Shown here in pieces: positions 1-9,654 of a stretch of DNA of 64,000 nt. Numbering within the stretch: the stretch's first letter is position 1; each line of letters opens with the position of its first letter. The notes below the pieces were generated by a model, which did no database searches, was not told the origin of the DNA, and saw nothing but the letters and a program-made list of their open reading frames with translations. Source of the stretch: an uncultured Acidobacteriota bacterium (GTDB taxonomy: Bacteria > Acidobacteriota > UBA6911). Location of the stretch: the NCBI GenBank assembly GCA_963843575.1, contig CAWJKZ010000019.1:32001-96000 (forward strand), written 5' to 3'. Made by a program: the position numbers and the translations under genes.

Positions 1-720
1 CTCGACGCGCCGCCCGCCGCGCACCGAGACGTTGACGTCCTGTCGTGAAGCGCCGAGGCCGACGCGGACGTGCTCGGTCGAACGGCAGACCCGCCCGACG
101 AGCAGTATGGCTTCCTCGACTTCCTCCGGCGTTCGCAGGTCGGGGCCGGTCACGGTCTCGATCAGGGGCATCCCCAGGCGGTCGGTGCGCCACACGATGA
201 GGTGCCCCTGGTCGGAGACCTCGCGGCAGGAATCCTCCTCCACGCTTACCTGGGTGACCGAGAGGTCGCGGCCCCGGAAGGGAAGCCTGCCGTTGACCCC
301 GACGATGGCGGTGCGCTGAAAACCGGTCGGGATCGAGCCGTCGAGGTACTGTTTGCGGGCGATGTGCACCTCGTCGACGATGTCGCAACCGAGCATGAGG
401 CACTGCTCGATGGCGATGTCGACGGCCTCCTGGTTCACGAGAAAAGGCGGCGTGTCGTCCATTTCGTACGTGCAGACGTTCGACTCGTGCAGGAGGTAGA
501 TGATGTTCTTCCGGGTCTTGAACTCCATCAGGGCGGTGCCGTCGTACTCCCCCAGCTCCGAGAGCGTGGGGCGCATGTGGCGCAGCACCGCGCCGTCGTG
601 CGTCTCCGTGTACATCCCGGCCGGGCAGCGGCAGAACATCTTCGTCGCCGTCAGGAGCTGCTGGTGCACCTCCAGCCCCGCCATCAGCCCGACTTCCGCG
701 TAGTCGATCGAGGAGTGCAA
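1..720 (-). CDS. gatE: Glu-tRNA(Gln) amidotransferase subunit GatE (archaeal-type), N-terminal part; runs off the window edge
   Basis: Not in the ORF track because it has no stop inside the window. Manual translation from TTG at 720 (GGAGG about 8 nt upstream): MHSSIDYAEVGLMAGLEVHQQLLTATKMFCRCP...VLRHMRPTLSELGEYDGTALMEF...CTYEMDDTPPFLVNQEAVDIAIEQ...DIVDEVHIARKQYLDGSIPTGFQRTAIVG...SVEEDSCREVSDQG...RTDRLGMPLIETVTGPD. The RPTxSELGExD, RKxxxDGSxxxGFQRT and DRLGxPLxE motifs are GatE-type. The GatB PNTxxCPxCLG motif is absent. Confidence 0.85.
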   Translation of the reverse strand, partial: MHSSIDYAEVGLMAGLEVHQQLLTATKMFCRCPAGMYTETHDGAVLRHMRPTLSELGEYDGTALMEFKTRKNIIYLLHESNVCTYEMDDTPPFLVNQEAVDIAIEQCLMLGCDIVDEVHIARKQYLDGSIPTGFQRTAIVGVNGRLPFRGRDLSVTQVSVEEDSCREVSDQGHLIVWRTDRLGMPLIETVTGPDLRTPEEVEEAILLVGRVCRSTEHVRVGLGASRQDVNVSVRGGRRVE

Positions 721-774
721 TTCGGTGCCCTCCGGCGCCCCCGGCAGCGGCGCGTGCAAGACATGGATGCTATC

Positions 775-838
775 AGACGGAAGGCAAAAGACGGAAGCCG
801 GAAGACGGAAGCCGGAAGACGAAGGCGGAAGACAGAAG
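775..838. repeat. Degenerate heptamer tandem run (AGACGGA/AGCCGGA)
   Basis: About 9 units, agacgga-aggcaaa-agacgga-agccgga-agacgga-agccgga-agacga-aggcgga-agacaga, between the divergent gatE and TIM-barrel genes. Confidence 0.8.
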
Positions 839-890
839 GGGGATATAATGGCGGCGCAGCCAAACGGTATCAGGATCGATGGGAGGGACA

Positions 891-1820
891 ATGAGACGTC
901 GTGAATTCTTGACCCGCGTGGGCGCGGGTGCTGCAACGGTGGTTATGGCCAATGCCGGCGTCGAGGACGGCGCGGCGCAGGGCGCGGCCGGTGACAAGCG
1001 GAGCCGCATCGCCGTGTCGACCTGGAGCCTGCACAACTATTTCGAGTCGACCCGCGAGAGCGAATTCAAGCTCCCGGGCCGCATGATTTCGCTGCTCGAA
1101 TTCCCGGAGATGATCGCCGACCGCTACAAGGTCCACAACATCGAGGCGTGCGTGCCGCACTTCGCCTCGGCTGAGCCGGGCTACCTGAAGGAGTTCAAGG
1201 CTCGCCTCGCGAAAGCGCGCACGCAGCTGGTGAACATGCCGGTCGACATCGACGAGATCTCGACCGAGGGGGGCTTGTCGGATCCCGACGAGAGGATCCG
1301 CGGCAACGCGGTCAAGGGCTCGAAGAAGTGGATCGACGTCGCGGCCGTTGTGGGCTCGAAGGCCGTCCGGTGCGATCCGGGGAAGTTCGACCCGAAGAAG
1401 CCCGGCCCGACCGTGACCTCCTACCGGCAGCTCTCGGAGTACGGACGGTCCAAGGGCGTGCACGTCATCATCGAGAATCACGGCGGGGTGGGGTCGGAGC
1501 ACCCCGAGGACCTCGTCCAGCTGTTTACCGCCGTGGGCGGCGCGCACGTCGGTGCGCTCCCCGATTTCTTCAACTTCGCCAACGAGACCGTCCGGATGAA
1601 AGGGCTCGAAATGCTGTTCCCCTACGCGCGGGTCGTGTGCCACGCCAAGGGGATGGAATTCGACGCGGCGGGTCAGGAGAAACAGTACAACTTCGGCAAG
1701 TGCATGGAGATTGCCAAGAAGGCGGGATTCAAGGGGATCTACTCGATCGAGTACGAAGGCCCCGGGGACCCTTACGACGGCTGCCAGAAGGTGCTGAACA
1801 ACCTGCTGAAGTACCTCTGA
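891..1820 (+). CDS. Sugar phosphate isomerase/epimerase (AP endonuclease 2 / xylose isomerase-like TIM barrel), Tat-exported
   Basis: MRRREFL twin-arginine leader; IENHGG, LPDFFNF, HAK and YSIEYEG metal-binding motifs; GGAGG before the ATG at 891. Confidence 0.85.
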   Translation: MRRREFLTRVGAGAATVVMANAGVEDGAAQGAAGDKRSRIAVSTWSLHNYFESTRESEFKLPGRMISLLEFPEMIADRYKVHNIEACVPHFASAEPGYLKEFKARLAKARTQLVNMPVDIDEISTEGGLSDPDERIRGNAVKGSKKWIDVAAVVGSKAVRCDPGKFDPKKPGPTVTSYRQLSEYGRSKGVHVIIENHGGVGSEHPEDLVQLFTAVGGAHVGALPDFFNFANETVRMKGLEMLFPYARVVCHAKGMEFDAAGQEKQYNFGKCMEIAKKAGFKGIYSIEYEGPGDPYDGCQKVLNNLLKYL

Positions 1821-1827
1821 TTAAGGA

Positions 1828-1856
1828 GTGGGCCGCGGCGAGCCGCCGCGGCCCAC
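1828..1856. repeat. REP-like palindrome, family A (GTGGGCCGCG..CGCGGCCCAC), copy 1
   Basis: gtgggccgcggcgagccgccgcggcccac between two convergent stop codons; related copies at 28747, 38045, 51401 and 53439. Confidence 0.8.
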
Positions 1857-1863
1857 AACTCCC

Positions 1864-3195
1864 CTAGGTCCTGGTCTGCAGTTTTTCCGCATCCCAGAAA
1901 ATGCGCTGCTTCTGGCGGTACGAGGTGTTCGCCATGTGGCAGGCTACGGCGGTGCCGCACCCGAAATCGACGTTTTCGACCGGCTGATTGCGAGTCCCGA
2001 TGCAGGAGAAGAAGTTGCGGAAGTGGTCCTCCGTGCCCTCGGGGGTCTGCTTGATGGTCTCCTTCTGGCGCTGCCGCTGCTGCTTGGCCGTCCCGATGTC
2101 CGCCAGAGGGTCGTTCTTGTGAGCTTCCATGAAGGGGGTCTTGGTGTCCTTGGGCCAGGACTCGAGCGGGTACGAGTATTCCTCGATCGGGTTGTAGGGT
2201 ATGAGGGTGGCGCTCCACTCCAGGAGCTCCACGGTCCCCTTGTCGCCCATGAAGCGCACGATCTCGCCCCCCTCGAAGTTCGACACCAGGTTGGCGCTGA
2301 CCTGCACCTGGAACTTGCCGTAGTCGTAGAGTGTGTTGTGGATGTCGGGCACCTCCCGGTCCCCCTTCCACTTGTAGATCCCGCCGTTCGACACGGCGCT
2401 GACCGGGAATTGCACGCCAAGGACGTGGTGCACGCGCGACAGCAGGTGCACGTATTCATCACCGGCGATTCCGGTGCCGTAGTCCCACCAATTGCGGAAC
2501 TGGAAGAAGCGGGCGGCGTCGAACGGCCGTTTGGGGGCATTCCCGAGATACCGTTCCCAGTCGATGGTCTTGGGTGAAGCGTCGGGTGGAACCGGGTAGC
2601 GCCACGCGCCGATCGCGTTGGGCCGGTAGATCGAGCACTGCACCATGAAGACGTCGCCGATGAGTCCCTTCGATACCCACTCTCTCGCCTTGTGCGTCGA
2701 TACCATGCTCAGGCTCTGGCTCCCCACCTGGACGAGGCGGCCGGTCTGCTTGGAGACGCGCACCATCTCCAAGGCTTCGGGAATCGTGTGGGCCATCGGC
2801 TTTTCACAATACACGTCCTTCCCGGCTTTCATCGCGGCGATCGCAATCGGAGCGTGCCAGTGGTCGGCAGTGGCGATGACGACCGCATCGATATCCTTCC
2901 TGGAGATGACTTCGTTGTAGTCCCGCGTCACGGGGGTGTTCGCCTGGATCTCCTGGGCGCGCCTGAAGTGGCCGTCATAGAGGTCGCAGACGACGGCAAC
3001 CTTGCCGCCCACGTTGAGCACGTACTGCATGAGTTCGAGCCCGCGGATCCCTGCGCCCACGATGCCGACGGTCACCGGTTTGTCGGCGGGGGCGCCCGTC
3101 CCTGCGGGTGCCGACGACAGGGCAGCTCCCGCGATGGTCGCCCCGGCCAGCGATTGCCCGATGAATCTCCGGCGGGTGATGTGCACTTCCGACAT
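1864..3195 (-). CDS. Gfo/Idh/MocA family NAD(P)-dependent oxidoreductase, Tat-exported
   Basis: ITRRRFI Tat motif; GIVGAGIRG Rossmann motif; IATADHWH and DVYCEKP motifs. Confidence 0.9.
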   Translation of the reverse strand: MSEVHITRRRFIGQSLAGATIAGAALSSAPAGTGAPADKPVTVGIVGAGIRGLELMQYVLNVGGKVAVVCDLYDGHFRRAQEIQANTPVTRDYNEVISRKDIDAVVIATADHWHAPIAIAAMKAGKDVYCEKPMAHTIPEALEMVRVSKQTGRLVQVGSQSLSMVSTHKAREWVSKGLIGDVFMVQCSIYRPNAIGAWRYPVPPDASPKTIDWERYLGNAPKRPFDAARFFQFRNWWDYGTGIAGDEYVHLLSRVHHVLGVQFPVSAVSNGGIYKWKGDREVPDIHNTLYDYGKFQVQVSANLVSNFEGGEIVRFMGDKGTVELLEWSATLIPYNPIEEYSYPLESWPKDTKTPFMEAHKNDPLADIGTAKQQRQRQKETIKQTPEGTEDHFRNFFSCIGTRNQPVENVDFGCGTAVACHMANTSYRQKQRIFWDAEKLQTRT

Positions 3196-3381
3196 AGCGT
3201 TCCTCCTACCTTGGTTTATCCTGCAGTTTCGCTGCGATTGCCGGGCGATCTTACTACGATTTACGTCGGGGGAACAATTTACGCCCGGGGGCCTCTATTG
3301 AAGCATGGCACAGACCGCGGCCCCGCCGTCGAGCGCGGGGCGCGTCTGCCAACCGCCCGAAGGATCATCGAGGGATGCGCC

Positions 3382-5801
3382 ATGGAACTGTTCTGGAGGG
3401 ACGTCCGTTACGCGTTGCGCACCTTGGCCGGAAGCCCGTCGTTCACCGCGGTCGCAGTCTTCGCGCTCGCGCTGGGCATCGGCGCCAACAGCGCGGTCTT
3501 CAGCGTCGTCGACGCGGTCCTGCTCAGGCCGCTCCCTTACCCGGAGCCCGCCCGCCTGGTGCAGATCTGGGGCTCGAACCCTGCGCGCAACATCCCCTTT
3601 CACAATGTGTGGTACGCCGATGCGTGCGAGTGGCGGAAGCAGAGCCGCTCGTTCGAGTCCATGTCGGCCGCTGCCTCCGGCTCGAAAAGCCTGGTCCTGG
3701 GCAGTGAGCCGGAGAAGATCCCGTCGCTCGCGGTAAACGCCGTCTTTTTCGACATGCTGGGGGCGCGCTTTCAGGGCGGCCGCGGGTTTATGCCCGGGGA
3801 AGACGTCCCGGGCGCCCCACGGGCGGCCGTCATCTCGCACGAGTTGTGGAAGCGTCGTTTAGCCTCCGATCCCGCCGTTGTCGGCAGTACTCTCCTGCTC
3901 GACGGTCAGGGTTACACCGTCACGGGCGTGCTGACCCCCGGTTTTTCTCTGGCCGGCCGCACGATCGACGTCTATACGCCGCTGGCGTTGAGCGAGGCGC
4001 GCGAACAGCAGGGACCTGGGAGCACCGTCACGGTCTTCGCCCGTCTGAAGCGCGACGCCACGGTGCGGCAGGCGCAGGCGGAGATGGACACGATCGGGGG
4101 CCGGCTGGCGGCATTTCGCGGCAGCCTAGGGACGGTGCCGCGCGTGTGGGGCCTCCGAGATTTCATCGTGCGGGATCTGCGGCTAAGCCTGGTGATCCTG
4201 TCTGCTGCGGTCGCCCTCGTTCTGCTGATCGCCTGCGTGAACGTCGCCAGCCTGATGCTCGCGCGCGCCGGGGAGCGGCAGAAGGAGATGGCGCTGCGTA
4301 CGGCCCTCGGGCAACCCGGGGCCGCGTCCTGGCCCAGTTGCTGACCGAGAGCGGCCTGCTCGGGCTCGCCTCCGGCGCGGTGGGGGTGGTGCTGGCCTAC
4401 TGGGGCGTCCGGCTTCTGATCCGGGTCATCCCGGACAGGTACCCGCTGCTTTCCGACGCCGCCATCGATCTTCCCGTGCTCGCCTTTACCACCGGTCTGT
4501 CGGTCGCCACCGGGCTGCTGTTCGGGCTGGCGCCCGCGCTCGCCTTGTCGCGGGAGGGCGTGCTCTGCAGCGCGCTCAAGGAGGGGGGCCGGAGTTCGGG
4601 CGAGACGATCGCGCGCGCCAAGCTACGCTCGGCGCTCATCGTCGTGGAGGTCGCCCTGGCGCTGGTTCTGATGATCGGCGCGGCGTTGATGGTTCGCAGC
4701 TTCGTCCGGCTGAACCGCGTCGATCCGGGCTTCAACTCCCGCGATGTGCTGACGGCAAGCATCAGCCTGCCGGCGTCCCGGTACGACAAGCCCGGGCAGC
4801 GCGTGGATTTTTTTCGCCGGTTGATCGAGAAGCTCGATTCCATGCCAGGTGTCGTCACGTCGGGCGTCGTTAGCGCGCTCCCGCTAACGAACTACAACAC
4901 CGGGACCGCCCTGTTCGTGGAAGGGAAACCCATCCCGCCACCGGCCGACGCCCCCATCGTCTGGTTCCGTTCGGCCAGCACCGGCTATTTCAAGGCCATG
5001 GACATCCCGCTGCGTCGTGGCCGCCTCTTCGCCGACCAGGATGAGGACCGGCCCGTGGCGGTAGTCAACGAGACCCTGGCGAAGCGCTTCTGGCCGGGGG
5101 AAGATCCCGTCGGGAAACGCTTCACCAACGGTTATCCGCCGCCCAATCAGCCCATCCAGTGGGCGACCGTGATCGGAGTGGTCGGCGACCTCCGCCACAA
5201 GGGGCTGAACCAGGAACCGGACGCCGAACTGTTCTGGCCCTACCGGATGCTCGCGCCGGCGGGCCTCAACCTGACCGTGCGTACCAGCCTCTCCCCGATG
5301 CAGGCCGCCCCCACGCTGCGCCGGGCCGTCGCCGAGATCGACCGGGACCAGCCGGTCTCGCAGATTCTCGGCATGGAGCAGGTCGTGGCGAACTCGATCG
5401 CCCCCCAGAGACTTTCGGTGACGCTGATCGGGGTCGTTCGCCGTCGCTGGCCCTGATCCTCGCGACCCTGGGGATCTACGGCGTGATCTCCTTCGGGGTG
5501 GCGCGCCGGACCCGCGAAATAGGAGTCCGGCTGGCGCTGGGCGCGCTGGGCGGGGACGTGGTTCGGATGGTCGTGCGGGAGGCCCTGATACTGGCCGGGA
5601 CCGGCCTGCTGATCGGCCTGCTCGCCGCCCTGGCCTTGACCCGCTTTCATCGCCAGCCTGCTCTTCCGCGTCAGTGCGACCGACCCGGTGATGATTGCGG
5701 CGGTGTGCGTCCTCCTGGCGGCCGTCGCGGCGCTCGCCAGCTACATACCGGCGCGTCGTGCCGCTGCAATCGATCCGATCGAGGCGCTGCGCTGCGAGTG
5801 A
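3382..5801 (+). CDS. ADOP/MacB-like duplicated ABC permease, broken by about 3 frameshifts (near 4310, 5440, 5645)
   Basis: Starts MELFWRDVRYALRTL...ALALGIGANSAVFSVV; LLIACVNVASL; GIYGVISFGVARRTREIGVRLALGA; ends IDPIEALRCE-stop. The pieces lie in different frames. Confidence 0.85.
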
Positions 5802-5907
5802 CGGTCTTCGCGGCGGAATGCCGGGCGCGGTTCGTCACCAATGCCTTTGTTTTTGATCTGTGAGGATCCGCGTCCGAAAAAACGTCACCGAACTTACGCG
5901 ATTGGCC

Positions 5908-6789
5908 CTAAGGACGCGAAGAAGCCCGGAGCACGGCCACTAGCGACATCGGGTCGACCCTGGTTTCCGCCAGCCGAACCGACCAGTGCAGGTGCGGGCC
6001 GGTGACCCTGCCGGTGGCCCCGACCTTGCCCAACACACTCCCGCGTTCGACAACGTCGCCTTCGGCCACCAGGATCCTGGAGAGGTGGCCGAAGTAGGAG
6101 TACAACCCCATACCATGGTCGAGCAGGACGGTGTTCCCTGAAAAATAGAGGTTCCCGGCCAGCACGACCCTGCCCCGGTTGGGTGCCTCGATGGGGGTGC
6201 CGGTGGCCGCCCGGAAGTCGGTCCCCGCGTGCGGGCTGCGCGGCTGGCCGTTCAGGATGCTCCGCCTGCCGAAACCGCTGATCGCCGGTCCCGGCACCGG
6301 CAGCACGAAGGGTCCGTCCCAAAGCCTGTCCGGCGTGGTGCGCGCCAGCAGGCCTCGCAGCAGTTCGGTTTCCTTCCGGATGCGCTCGAGCGTATCCGCG
6401 GGAGGCGTCACGTATTTCTCTTCGACGCTGAGTCGCCGCTCGGGAAACGCCTTGCGGCTGATCGCGAGAGGGTAATCGGCGGCAACGGGGCCACTGCCCG
6501 CGGTGCGTCCCCGCACCTTGACGGTGTACGCGCCCGGACGCACGTCGAGATCGATGCCGATCAGGCATTCCCAGCGGCGCGCGCCCTGCCGGAAGAACTC
6601 GAAGCGCCTGTCGAAGACCTCCGCCTCGAGCGCCTCGAGGCCCGCGGGCCCTGAAGCCGTCAGGAGCACGACCTCCCCGGGCTGCAGCGAGCGCGCCGAG
6701 TGCCGGACCGTCAACGGTGCCGCGCCCGACTGTGCGGCGGCGCCCGGGACGAGCCAGACCAGGACCAAAGCCAGTGCGAGTGGTCGCAT
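5908..6789 (-). CDS. M23 family metallopeptidase, secreted
   Basis: Signal peptide; HAGTDFRA (HxxxD) and TGPHLHW (HxH) motifs. Confidence 0.9.
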   Translation of the reverse strand: MRPLALALVLVWLVPGAAAQSGAAPLTVRHSARSLQPGEVVLLTASGPAGLEALEAEVFDRRFEFFRQGARRWECLIGIDLDVRPGAYTVKVRGRTAGSGPVAADYPLAISRKAFPERRLSVEEKYVTPPADTLERIRKETELLRGLLARTTPDRLWDGPFVLPVPGPAISGFGRRSILNGQPRSPHAGTDFRAATGTPIEAPNRGRVVLAGNLYFSGNTVLLDHGMGLYSYFGHLSRILVAEGDVVERGSVLGKVGATGRVTGPHLHWSVRLAETRVDPMSLVAVLRASSRP

Positions 6790-6792
6790 GGC

Positions 6793-7980
6793 CTACACCG
6801 CGGCCTGTGCGGCGCTACGCTGCGCGTGGAAGTCCCCGATCAGCACCTTACTGATCTCGTCGCGCTGGATCTGGTTGGTTCCCTCGTAGATCTGGGTGAT
6901 CTTGGCATCCCGCATGTACTTCTCTATCGGGTAATCGCGCATGTAACCGTAACCGCCGAAAACCTGGACGGCGTCGGTGGTCACCTGCACCGCGACATCG
7001 GAGGCGAAGCACTTGGACATGGCGGAGTACATCGTTGGCCTGTGCGCCGGGGCGGAGTCGACATAACGGGCCACGGCGTAGGTCAGGGCTCGGGCCGCCT
7101 CGACCCGCATCGCCATGTCCGCCAGGGTGAAGCGCAGCCCCTGGAACGCCGATACGGGAGAGCCGAACTGGCGCCGCGTGCACGCGTACTCCGTGGCGAG
7201 CTCGAGCGCCCCCTGCGCGATCCCCACGGCCTGCGCGGCCACCCCCGGTCGCGACACGTCGAAGACTTTCATCGCGGTCAGGAACCCCGTTCCCTCGCGT
7301 CCCAGCCTGTTGGACACGGGGACGCGGCAGTCCTGGAAGCTGAGTTCGCGCGTGGACGAGGCGCGGATGCCGAGTTTGTCCTCCTTCTTGCCGAAACCGA
7401 ATCCCGGCGTCCCTTTCTCCACCACGAGGCACGAGGCGCCCCGCGGGCCCTTTTCGGGATTGGTCAGGACGAACACGCAGTAGATCTCGGCTTCGCCGCC
7501 GTTGGTGATCCATTGCTTGGTGCCGTTGACGACGTAGTGGTCGCCGTCGCGCCGGGCCGTGGTGGAGATGGCCCCGGCGTCCGATCCCGCCTGGGGCTCG
7601 GTCAGGGCGAAGGCGGCCAGCCTTCGCCCTGACGCGATGTCGGGAAGATAGCGCCGCTTCTGCGCTTCGTCGCCGGAGAGCACGATCGGGAGCGCGCCCA
7701 GCGCCGAGCCTGCGAAGCAGAGTGCGATCCCGCCGCAGGCACGCGAGAGCTCCTCGGTGATCAGCACCATGTTGAATATCGGGGAACCGCCCGCAATCCC
7801 CTCGTAGTCTTCGTGGATGAAAGCCCGGAAAAGGTCGGTCTCTCCCATGACCTTCACCACGGGCCAGGGGAACTCGCCGGTGCGGTCATACAGCGGTGCC
7901 ACCGGCCGGACCTCTCGTTCGGCGATTTCCCGGGCCAGGCGCCGGATCTCCAGTTGCTGGTCGGAGAGAAAATAATCCAT
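6793..7980 (-). CDS. Acyl-CoA dehydrogenase
   Basis: Start MDYFLSDQQ at 7980; FALTEPQAGSD, NGTKQWITNG, QVFGGYGY and IYEGTNQIQR motifs. Confidence 0.92.
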   Translation of the reverse strand: MDYFLSDQQLEIRRLAREIAEREVRPVAPLYDRTGEFPWPVVKVMGETDLFRAFIHEDYEGIAGGSPIFNMVLITEELSRACGGIALCFAGSALGALPIVLSGDEAQKRRYLPDIASGRRLAAFALTEPQAGSDAGAISTTARRDGDHYVVNGTKQWITNGGEAEIYCVFVLTNPEKGPRGASCLVVEKGTPGFGFGKKEDKLGIRASSTRELSFQDCRVPVSNRLGREGTGFLTAMKVFDVSRPGVAAQAVGIAQGALELATEYACTRRQFGSPVSAFQGLRFTLADMAMRVEAARALTYAVARYVDSAPAHRPTMYSAMSKCFASDVAVQVTTDAVQVFGGYGYMRDYPIEKYMRDAKITQIYEGTNQIQRDEISKVLIGDFHAQRSAAQAAV

Positions 7981-7982
7981 GG

Positions 7983-8698
7983 CTACGCCTTCTGCCACAG
8001 GGATGGCTTCAGGGCTTCGGCCGCGCCGTCGCGGACCTGGATCCGGAAATTGCGGTCCAGGGAGCCGGGCGCAAAGGAGCTGACGTCCAGCTCGGCCTGC
8101 AGGGACTCCGGCGGGTCGGCGAGTTCCTTCATCTTGGACAGCAGTTCCCGGGCGCCCACGTTGACGTTGTTGAAACGGACGTACACCGTGTTCTGCTCGC
8201 ACTCCGAGGGCATGTCCCCTTCGGGGTACAGCCCTTCGAACTGGTCCACGAAGGCCTGCAGGCTCTCGGCGCGCTGCGGCGAACCGGCAAACCGGGCCCA
8301 CCCCGAGATGCACGTTTCCCGCGGGTTCGACGTCCTCGATGGCTTCCACGGGATCGCGGGTCGTCCGGGCGTAGTCGGGGTGCGGCCACTGGATGCGCAG
8401 CTCCGCCGCGCTCGACGACGATCCGGAGCAGCTGCCCGCTGCGGTCCTTCACGTAGAGCGCCCCGCCGGGCATGCTCTCCCGGTGCTCCGAGGGAAGCGA
8501 GTCGATCATGGATATGAGTTCGCACGGCACCCCGGACATCGCGGGGCAGCCGACGGGCTGGACGTGGCGGACGATGATGGCGTTCTCCTCCGGCGCATAT
8601 TCGAGCCAGTTGCCGGTGAATTGCGCGAGCCGCTCGCTGATGTCCCAGGGGAGCGCCCCGCACCTGATTTTACCTTCGCACTCCAGTTCGCCCTGCAT
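7983..8698 (-). CDS. Hypothetical protein (about 238 aa) with about 2 frameshifts, directly upstream of the acyl-CoA dehydrogenase
   Basis: GGAGG then ATG at 8698 (MQGELECEGKIRCG...LLRIVVERG). It continues in other frames as LRIQWPHPDYARTT... and ISGWARFAGS...KPSLWQKA, stopping 2 nt before the acyl-CoA dehydrogenase start. Confidence 0.65.
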
Positions 8699-8997
8699 AC
8701 GCACTGCCTCCAGATGGGCGGGCGGGAGTCGCGGGGCCGGACCGGATGCCCGGGCCCGAAACGCCACGCCCGAGTTGCGACCGCTAGAATACTGGAATCC
8801 CGAGCCGGACGGGCACAAAAAACCGGGTGCCCGCGCTCCGAACTCTTCGGGTTCCCGGGGCCAGGAGGTGGGATCCCCTGCCTGGAGTACCGCGCCCCGT
8901 TGCCCGGCGGGCCGCGCCGCGGGCTTGTGAGCCCGCGCGGTTTCGTGTTAGGTTGGCGCCAATCCGAAGACCGTTGAAGGACTCTCCGGGGAGAGCC

Positions 8998-9453
8998 ATG
9001 AACCGGGAGACTGCCGAATACTGGATGCGTGAAGCGATCGCGGAGGCCCGGAAAGCCGAGGCCGAAGGCGAAATCCCCGTCGGTGCCGTGCTGTTGATCA
9101 ACGAAAAGATCGTCAGGCGCGGGCACAACCACTGCATCCGCACCAGCGACCCCACCTCTCACGCCGAAGTCCTGGCGCTGCGCCACGCCGCGCACAGCAT
9201 GCGGAACTACCGCCTGCCGGGCTCGATTCTCGTCGTGACCGTCGAGCCATGCGTCATGTGCACCGGGGCCATGATACAGGCGCGCGTCGACGAGCTGATC
9301 TACGGCGCCGCCGACCCCAAGGCCGGTGCGATCGACTCCCACTTCGGCCTCGCCGACGCCGCGCACCTCAACCACAGGGTCGCGGTGATTTCCGGCATCC
9401 TCGGGGAGGAGTGCGGGGCGCTCCTGCGGGAGTTTTTCGCGTCGCGCAGGTGA
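8998..9453 (+). CDS. tadA: tRNA adenosine(34) deaminase TadA
   Basis: GEIPVGAV, DPTSHAE and VTVEPCVMC zinc motifs; FFASRR C-terminus. Confidence 0.92.
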   Translation: MNRETAEYWMREAIAEARKAEAEGEIPVGAVLLINEKIVRRGHNHCIRTSDPTSHAEVLALRHAAHSMRNYRLPGSILVVTVEPCVMCTGAMIQARVDELIYGAADPKAGAIDSHFGLADAAHLNHRVAVISGILGEECGALLREFFASRR

Positions 9454-9654
9454 GATCCCGGCCGATCCGCGTGAACCGGCAAATCCGCGGACATCCACGT
9501 TCTGCCGTCGTGTGACACACCCGTTATCCCGGGAAGTCGTTGGCGTGTTTAGCCTCCCACCCGGAATCCCCGGAACCACGCACTCTGGCCTCGGCGCGCT
9601 GCCCTGTGGCATACTTCCCTGCCTTGATCCGATGCCCGGGATGGTTGTGAATCG

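Noticed and set aside
70-894. 274-aa plus-strand ORF
   Set aside because: It is the antisense shadow of the gatE-like gene; no motifs of its own.
3259-3291. Short direct repeat atttacgtcggggg / atttacgcccggggg in a divergent promoter region
   Set aside because: Only two imperfect copies and no identifiable regulator; too weak to call.
6793-8349. 518-aa acyl-CoA dehydrogenase with a long N-terminal extension
   Set aside because: The extension overlaps the frameshifted upstream gene; the family-typical start is MDYFLS at 7980.
9607-9622. Sigma-54-like TGGCATACTTCCCTGC upstream of the TonB-dependent receptor
   Set aside because: GG-GC spacing is 11 nt rather than the required 10. It would qualify only if the CCC run contains an indel error.
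9454-9654. tRNA-Ser or SRP RNA often found after tadA
   Set aside because: No T-arm GTTCGAA cloverleaf or SRP CAGG-GNRA-AGCAG core visible.
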